From a virus (Duplodnaviria; Heunggongvirae; Uroviricota; Caudoviricetes), in the IMG/VR virus record IMGVR_UViG_2551306526_000003: a stretch of DNA of 24,982 nucleotides; one strand, written 5' to 3'. Position 1 is the stretch's first letter, and the number at the start of each line of letters is the position of its first letter. Made by a program: the position numbers and the translations under genes. The notes below the pieces were generated by a model. It saw only the letters and a list, made by a program, of their open reading frames with translations, had not been told where the DNA came from and did not search any database. Shown piece after piece: positions 18,410 to 24,982 of the stretch.

Positions 18410-18435
18410 TTAGCCAGGTAACACAGTGTTATGAC

Positions 18436-18462
18436 AGCCCGCCGGTTCAGGCGGGCTTTTTT
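18436..18462 (+). terminator. Intrinsic terminator downstream of lom
   Basis: Stem AGCCCGCC-ggttca-GGCGGGCT followed by TTTTTT. Confidence 0.7.
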
Positions 18463-18473
18463 GTGGGGTGAAT

Positions 18474-21400
18474 ATGGCAGTAAAGATTTCAGGTGTACTG
18501 AAAGACGGTGCAGGTAAACCGGTACAGAACTGTACAATCCAGCTGAAAGCAAAACGTAACAGCACCACGGTGGTGGTGAACACGGTGGCCTCAGAAAATC
18601 CGGATGAAGCCGGGCGTTACAGCATGGACGTTGAGTACGGTCAGTACAGCGTTATTCTGTTGGTGGAAGGATTCCCGCCGTCACATGCCGGGACCATCAC
18701 CGTGTATGAAGATTCCCGACCCGGTACGCTGAATGATTTTCTCGGTGCCATGACGGAGGATGATGCCCGTCCGGAGGCTCTGCGCCGTTTTGAACTGATG
18801 GTGGAAGAGGTGGCGCGTAACGCGTCCGCGGTGGCACAGAACACGGCAGCCGCGAAGAAATCAGCCAGCGATGCCAGCACATCAGCCCGTGAGGCGGCAA
18901 CCCATGCGACTGATGCTGCAGATTCAGCACGTGCAGCCAGCACGTCAGCCGGACAGGCCGCTTCGTCGGCTCAGTCAGCGTCTTCCAGCGCAGGAACGGC
19001 ATCAACAAAGGCCACTGAAGCCTCAAAAAGTGCTGCCGCTGCAGAGTCCTCAAAAAGCGCGGCGGCTACCAGTGCCGGTGCGGCGAAAACGTCAGAAACG
19101 AATGCGGCAGCGTCACAACAATCAGCAGCCACTTCTGCATCCACCGCGACCACGAAAGCGTCAGAAGCTGCCACCTCAGCCCGGGATGCGTCGGCCTCAA
19201 AAGAGGCAGCGAAATCATCAGAAACGAACGCATCATCAAGTGCCAGTAGTGCAGCTTCCTCGGCAACGGCGGCAGGAAATTCCGCGAAGGCCGCAAAAAC
19301 GTCTGAGACGAATGCAGATAACAGCGCACAGGCGGCAGCAGACTCACAAACTGCATCAGCAAACTCCGCGACAGCAGCCAAAAAATCAGAAACCAACGCG
19401 AAAAAATAGCGAGGCAGCAGCAAAGAGCAGCGAAACCAACGCTAAAGCCAGCGAAACTAATGCTAAATCCAGTGAAACAAACGCGGCGAAATCTGCGGCG
19501 GACGCACTTAATTATCGCAACCAGGCGCAAGTAATTGTTGGCGATAATATCGGTCTTGGTGAAGTTGCCATGACCTGCACTGATATCTCTGTTGAGCCAT
19601 CAGGTTATATTGGATTTGTCAGGATTTACATCTCAGCGAAAGGTTATCCATCAGTAGCGTCTAGTGCCGGTGATAATCTTATTTCTGGTTATATAGTTAG
19701 ATCAGAAGTGTCAACAAAAAGATATTCCGGTCTATTTGTTGGTTCAGATACAAAATCATTGTATTCGTACATTTACAGCCAAAGTTCTGGCCCGCAATGG
19801 ATACGTCATACCCGCAGAGATGAATTAAGCCGCTTTGGTCAAAATGAATCAACAACTCGTATGTATGGTCCAACTGGTGATCGTTTCTTTGAAATCCATA
19901 CTAACGGGAGTTGGGGAGTTTATGATTCTTCTTCTGGACAATGGTCTCCGTTAGGTTTAGCCCAGGGCGGTACTGGTGGAAGAACTATCGAGCAAGCACG
20001 TGCGAACTTGCGGGTAATGTATGAGCAAAAAGCTGGCCTTGCTAATACTGACCTAAACACCCTTACCGGTGAATATTCTGGTTTCTATCAACAACCAACG
20101 AGCGCTTACGCAACAGAAGAATTAAATTACCCAATCGGTCTGGCGGGCGCTTTAATAGTGCTCCAAACGAGAGCCAACACTGCTTCTTCCTGCGTTCAGG
20201 TGTACTACCCTTATAATAATCCGGGAATTACTTATAGACGAATATATGAAGGAGGAAGCGGTACCTGGTCTGAATGGAAGAGAGATGTATCAACAGAAAG
20301 GGTTGAAGAGGGAAAAGAAACAACTTACGTATATTCTACGTATTCTTCAGGCGCACCACGCTTACAGGTTTCCAAATCTGGTTTGTGGGGTTGTCATAAT
20401 GGCACTGGCTGGTTGCCATTAGCTGTTGGGCAAGGAGGTACAGGTGCGACAACAGTAGAAGATGCGCGAAACAACTTAAGTCTTGGCGAAAGTAGCGCAG
20501 TTAAATTTAAAAACCTTACTTTAACCGAAGCGCTCGACACGACATTAGGACTGCTTACAAAAACAGGACGAGACTGGAACACGCAGCATACTGATAACAT
20601 TAATAAATTTATACCAATTGCAGGCAGTACAAACGGCCCGGCAGGTTCTATGGTTCTTGGCGGCATTCATGTTCAATTTAGTAAAAATTATGCTGTGCAG
20701 TTCGGAGGCCGCAATTCCGGTTTTTGGGGAAGAACAATTGAAAATGGAACGACGCAGGAATGGAAGAAATTACTAACAGTAGACGATCTCAATTCATCTA
20801 CCGATCTTGCTGTCAGGTCATTAACCACATCTAACCCGGTAAAATCTGGCGGAGGGCGAATTGATGTCCTTGGAAGCACGTCAGACTATAGCAAAATGGA
20901 TTGCTTTGTACGTGGGTTTGATAGCACCGGTAATTCTCTCGCGTGGGCGTTGGGTTCATCAGTCGGCGTAAGTAAGATGCTGTCGCTAAAAAATTTCTTT
21001 AGCGGAGCTGAGATACTGTTAAATGGTAATGACGGCGCGGTTCAACTCAAAACAGGTGCTGTTAACGGGGCTAAAGCGCAAGCGCTCACTATCAACAAGG
21101 ATGAGGTTAACTCAACTGTTGATTTAACTCTTACAAAACAAACAGGGACTGGAAATCGTTTTGTTTTACAGAACTTAGGTAATACAGAACTATCATTTGC
21201 CGCAAAAGTATGGGGATCAAGTGATCGACAAAACGTTTTTGAGGTTGGAACGTCTGCTGCGTATCTGTTTTATGCGCAAAAAACGTCAGCAGGCCAGTTG
21301 TTTGATGTAAATGGCGCTATTAATTGCACAACGCTGAATCAGTCATCAGACCGCGACCTTAAAGACGATATTCTCGTTATCAGCGACGCGACGAAAGCAA

Positions 21401-21780
21401 TCCGTAAAATGAACGGATACACCTACACGCTCAGGGAAAACGGGATGCCTTATGCTGGCGTTATTGCACAGGAAGTAATGGAGGCGATACCAGAAGCTGT
21501 GGGATCGTTTACTCATTACGGTGAAGAGTTGCAGGGACCAACGGTTGACGGCAATGAATTACGTGAAGAAACACGTTATCTGAATGTTGACTACGCCGCC
21601 GTGACGGGGTTACTTGTTCAGGTCGCCCGTGAAACAGATGGTCGCGTTACCGCGCTGGAAGAGGAAAACATAACGCTACGTAAAAATCTGGCAACAGCAG
21701 GCACCCGGATCAGCACTCTGGAAAATCAGGTAAGCGAACTGGTTGCACTTGTCCGGCAGTTAACAGGAAGCGAACATTGA
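18474..21780 (+). pseudogene. stf: Side tail fibre (stf) interrupted by a +1 frameshift in an A6 tract (19401-19406). Lambda Stf-like N-terminus with Ala/Ser-rich SETNA repeats, central GGTG fibre repeats, C-terminal intramolecular-chaperone domain
   Basis: Frame A 18474-19409 (MAVKISGVLKDGAGKPVQNCTIQLKAKRNSTTVVV...) stops at TAG 19407-19409; the repeat pattern continues seamlessly in frame B (…KNSEAAAKSSETNAKASETN…) to 21780. C-terminus ...SDRDLKDDILVISDATKAIRKMNGYTYTLRENGMPYAGVIAQEVMEAIPEAV... fits the S74 auto-processing chaperone domain as I recall it. Confidence 0.8.
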
Positions 21781-21829
21781 TATCCTTCAAGCCCTGAAGG
21801 AGGCTGTTCCCGGTACGTTCAGACTGTTG

Positions 21830-21960
21830 TTGGGCTGGAGATCGCAACGGAGGAAGAAAACTCGTTGCTGGAAGCCTGGAAAAAGTATCGGGTGTTGCTG
21901 AACCGTGTTAATACAACAACTGCACCGGATATTGAATGGCCAGTAGCACCTATAGGGTAA
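21830..21960 (+). pseudogene. tfa: 3' remnant (about 43 codons) of a tail-fibre assembly gene (tfa); no start codon
   Basis: ...[42 protein letters not shown] matches the conserved Tfa C-terminus; frame opens immediately after the stf stop. Confidence 0.6.
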
Positions 21961-22820
21961 ATTCGTAATGATTACCTAAATACGTTATTCTTTTGTTCAA
22001 AAAGTGATTTTGCTATAGGTAGGGAGTATGTTCTTGGATTAAGAATAAAAAATCGCCATGAAAGAGCTTCATGGCGAGTACATAAACGTACAAAATGTGA
22101 TGAAAGTAGAGTGGCGTAAGCCACTATATTAAGATATGACAATAGCGAAGAAAAGTAAATAACATTTTATGGACGTTTAATTGTTAATTATAAAAACTAG
22201 AGTGCCCGATATTGTTTATCTTGCTTTAAAATAATGTACTCAAACCAAATTTTTGAGCTAAAAGCTCAAATAATATAAATGCAATGATAATGTTTAATAA
22301 GACAATTAGCTTGCTTTGTATTTTCATTTCGGAATACTGTTAAGTAACTTTGATGACCCTAACAATAGATCGGAATTTTCTTAGAGTCAATGGTCAATGT
22401 TTTTGCTTGCAAAGCAAATGTTTTGGTGGTTATAAGTTGTCTTAATATAGTCACGCATGCAACTTGTTCCATGCGGAGATTAAAGATTGGAATATAACGC
22501 GAAGATGGAATTAAATTACATTTGCAATAACCAATTTATTATTACTCAATAATTACCGATATTATTATTGTAAATTAATCATTAGAGTGCAAAAAGAAAT
22601 GTAACGGCAAAATAAGAGGACGATAGCTGAGAAAAAAGCGTGCTTTCCCAATCTGGGGCAAATCACGTCTGAATGACACCTGAAAACAGGTGGTAGCCTC
22701 AAGAAGGCTTGGAATATTCTTCTTTAATGTTATGTAATTCATTGATTTTTCGTGTACGATTTTAAGACATTTATTCCAAGAAAAATTTTTAACTCTTTGA
22801 TTTTTCGACTCTGTATCATC

Positions 22821-22881
22821 GGTCTCGAAAACCGGAGTAGGGGCAACTCTACCGGGGGTTCAAATCCCCCTCTCTCCGCCA
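22821..22881 (+). tRNA. Orphan 3' partial copy (61 nt, anticodon loop through CCA) of tRNA-Ser(CGA) (serU-type); not a functional tRNA; likely att-site remnant
   Basis: GGTCTCGAAAACCGGAGTAGGGGCAACTCTACCGGGGGTTCAAATCCCCCTCTCTCCGCCA matches the 3' two-thirds of E. coli serU as I recall it; upstream sequence does not encode the acceptor/D-arm. Confidence 0.75.
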
Positions 22882-23465
22882 CTTTATCAATGACTTATCT
22901 CCCGACTTCCCGCCTTGCTTTTCCTAAACAGAACAATCGTAGAATATTCTTGAAGGGTTAGATCGTCACTGTTTTCTGTTCGATACTGTGACATTCAGCA
23001 CTTGATTCGCTATGGATCTGACAGGAAGGTTTTGAGCGAAAATTTGCAGTTATTCAGTTGTTTTCTTATCGGTCACCATTATTCTTTTAGACATTGATCC
23101 TACAAAGCTGCCGCAAAGTTGGTGGTGGGAACTGAAGTTGCGTAGAGAAGGGGTCAATACCCGGAGGCAAACATGGGCTGGCAAAAGTGTAGCGGTATTA
23201 GGCGCAGCTATTTAGCCTAGTTATGTTTTATGAAAACTTGATATCATATAAGTGTCTTACTTATTGGCTGTAAATAAGTTTTTCCTAAGGAATTGTTTCT
23301 TGAGTATCATTTGTAACTGTAACGGAATTTATAATCCTTTGCTTTATTGTTACGGTATTTTTTATCACACCCTATTTTTTATGTGGTTTTTTATACTGAA
23401 GTTTGGCAAAGTGAACTTTATATGCATATACTTCATCCTGGTTTCAGTTAAGTTGGGTGGATGAT

Positions 23466-24209
23466 ATGGCAACTACATGTTCAGTTATATTGATTTTGGA
23501 GTCCTTTGATGTTTATTTCGGAAAAGAGAGTGTGTTTCTGGAGAGAGGTTCATCTGTACTTGTCGACTCTAGCTCTAGAGATTTTTTCCTGACATATCCT
23601 GAAAGAGTGATAGTGGCGGATTTTGGCGCTGAGTTTATTAGTCGCTATTTGAAAGCTAATAACTTAAGGGATATTTCTGATTGTAGGGAATATCCATCTT
23701 ATTTAAAAATAAACTTTGCTGACTTCAGTTTAATTAAAGGATTAATTAGTTGGGCTAATCACTGTGCTGAATACATAGAAATTTTTGATGAGTCTATTGC
23801 TTTTACATGTCTCTCTGCATTTTCTTCTGAAAAACAATTTGGAGTATTTCTGTTTGAATGTTTGAAAAGCACAGGGGCTAAAGTTAAAACGATTATTCAT
23901 ACGGATTTATCTGCACCATGGCGTCTTAAGGATATATCATCAAGATTATATCTCAGCGAAAGTTTACTAAAGAGGAAATTGAAAGAAGAGGGGGTATCAT
24001 TCAGTAAGATCATACTTGATGAGAGGATGCAAATGGCTGAATATTTACTCAGCACTCGTTGTTATCCTATTAGTAAAGTAGCTAAGGTCTGTGGTTATGC
24101 CAGTGTTTCATACTTTACTTATGTATTTAGACGTTATTTTGGTGTTTCTCCAAGTCAATACTCTCAGAGCAGTTCAGAAAGTAAAATTCTTACTCACCAG
24201 GGAATCTGA
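23466..24209 (+). CDS. AraC/XylS-family transcriptional regulator (GadX/AppY/Rns-like subgroup), 247 aa from the SD-preceded ATG (track start 23457 is a GTG)
   Basis: C-terminal HTH signature ...ISKVAKVCGYASVSYFTYVFRRYFGVSPSQY and SLLKRKLKEEGVSFSKIILDERMQMAEYLL; AT-rich flanks. Confidence 0.8.
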   Translation: MATTCSVILILESFDVYFGKESVFLERGSSVLVDSSSRDFFLTYPERVIVADFGAEFISRYLKANNLRDISDCREYPSYLKINFADFSLIKGLISWANHCAEYIEIFDESIAFTCLSAFSSEKQFGVFLFECLKSTGAKVKTIIHTDLSAPWRLKDISSRLYLSESLLKRKLKEEGVSFSKIILDERMQMAEYLLSTRCYPISKVAKVCGYASVSYFTYVFRRYFGVSPSQYSQSSSESKILTHQGI

Positions 24210-24213
24210 TCAT

Positions 24214-24718
24214 TGTTCTTGCCCCCTTATTTCCAGACAGGGGGTGTATCTTAAGTTAACGTTACCCGCTGACGTCGATATTCTCGCGGAGAGCGATAAC
24301 CCAACGCACTGTGCGGATGGTTTTCATTGTAATGTTCGATCGCCACTGCAAGATTATGCAATGCCGTTCTTACATTCGGTTTCGGCATGAACGCGATGTA
24401 GTCTTCCTTCATCGTTTTCACGAACCTTTCTGCCATTCCATTACTCTGAGGACTGCTGATTGCCGTTGTGCAGGGCTCCAGATTCAACTCTCTGGCGAAC
24501 TGCCATGTTTCATGCGCTCTATACGCTGAACCGTTATCTGTCAGCCACTGGATGGACTGTTCCGGTACTTTATCGCCAAAGCGTTTTTCTATCGCTCCTA
24601 ACATGACATCCTGCACTGTCGCTTTATCGTAACCTCCCGTGCTTGCGGCCCAGTCTATGGCTTCACGATCGCAACAGTCCAGGGCGAACGTAACACGCAG
24701 TTTTGAATCGCCACGGGT
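24214..24718 (-). mobile_element. 3' fragment of an IS2-related IS3-family element (orfB C-terminal about 155 codons plus terminal inverted repeat); 5' part missing
   Basis: orfB-frame reading [76 protein letters not shown]...[15 protein letters not shown] is about 65% identical to IS2 InsD; terminus TTGCCCCCTTATTTCCAGACA resembles the IS2 end; homology stops at about 24712. Confidence 0.65.
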
Positions 24719-24766
24719 TTAACAGACACCTCAGAGTCATTTAAGATGGCTTAAAGAGAGGTGCCC

Positions 24767-24915
24767 ATGAGCGGTAAGCGTTATCCCGAAGAGTTTAAAA
24801 CTGAAGCAGTCAAACAGGTTGTTGATCGCGGTTATTCTGTTGCCAGCGTTGCAACACGTCTCGATATCACCACCCACAGCCTTTATGCCTGGATAAAGAA
24901 GTACGGTCCGGATTA
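24767..24915 (+). pseudogene. 5' fragment (about 50 codons) of an IS3-group orfA (HTH transposase N-terminus), different from IS2; truncated
   Basis: MSGKRYPEEFKTEAVKQVVDRGYSVASVATRLDITTHSLYAWIKKYGPD is a typical IS3-family OrfA N-terminus; the expected leucine-zipper continuation is absent. Confidence 0.55.
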
Positions 24916-24982
24916 CTCCACTTTTTCATCAAGCCAATCCGCCCACCACTGCATCATTTCTCTGCGCTTATCGAAATACTGA
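24913..24982 (-). CDS. C-terminal 22 codons of an unidentified minus-strand gene entering from beyond the window end (...QYFDKRREMMQWWADWLDEKVE*)
   Basis: Open frame to the window edge with stop at 24913-24915; not recognised. Confidence 0.25.
   Translation of the reverse strand, partial: QYFDKRREMMQWWADWLDEKVE

Noticed and set aside
18840-19530. Highly repetitive Ala/Ser/Thr-rich coding repeats (SETNA units) with long ORFs on both strands (18641-18943, 18697-19053, 18971-19423, 19066-19530 minus; Arg/Pro/Gln-rich N-terminal part of track ORF 18871-21780)
   Set aside because: The repeats are the fibrous N-terminal region of the side tail fibre read in its true frame. Antisense and off-frame ORFs are compositional artefacts. 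Not a CRISPR array: no conserved direct repeat with unique spacers
22821-22881. Possible functional tRNA gene
   Set aside because: Only the anticodon loop through CCA is present; the 5' acceptor stem and D-arm are missing, so it cannot fold into a tRNA
22752-22961. 69-aa ORF overlapping the tRNA-like sequence
   Set aside because: Begins with GTG, spans the tRNA-Ser fragment, no SD, low-complexity product; the tRNA homology explains the region
23252-23464. 70-aa plus-strand ORF just upstream of the AraC regulator
   Set aside because: Extremely AT-rich and Phe/Ile/Leu/Tyr-biased, consistent with translated AT-rich promoter DNA

Overview
This window holds the chromosomal gene ybhC followed by the left end (attL) and about 20.6 kb of a heavily decayed lambda-type prophage, then an AT-rich spacer, an orphan tRNA-Ser 3' fragment, an AraC-family regulator and IS3-family debris. 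All identifications rest on reading the sequence and on my recollection of phage lambda and E. coli K-12 proteins; no database search was run. Coordinates taken from the ORF track are exact; coordinates for sites, junctions and hairpins are from manual reading and may be off by 1-2 nt.

Prophage layout, left to right:
- attL core (1331-1345), int, xis, then ea8.5 split by an IS2 copy with a 5-bp GTAAG target duplication.
- A translationally coupled accessory operon in place of lambda ea22: TraR-like zinc finger, Ea22-like protein, a TGT-fold (DpdA-like?) enzyme, and a MazG-like DUF550/DUF551 protein.
- exo intact, an internal bet-gam deletion, then kil, cIII, ea10, ral, orf28.
- A direct junction to a phage-21/DLP12-type late block: intact OmpC-family porin, pinholin, SAR endolysin, Rz/Rz1, bor, ybcV/ybcW/ylcI homologues, cos, Nu1.
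- Terminase A truncated and joined to the 3' end of J, then lom and a frameshifted side tail fibre with a C-terminal intramolecular-chaperone domain and a tfa remnant.

No N, cI/cro, O/P, Q, head or tail-shaft genes are present, so this is a grounded, non-inducible remnant.

The best candidate for an undescribed system is the accessory operon at 4712-6902, in particular the TGT-fold protein at 5520-6275, which may be a DNA base-modification (7-deazaguanine-type) anti-restriction function. This call is motif-level only and needs profile or structure confirmation.
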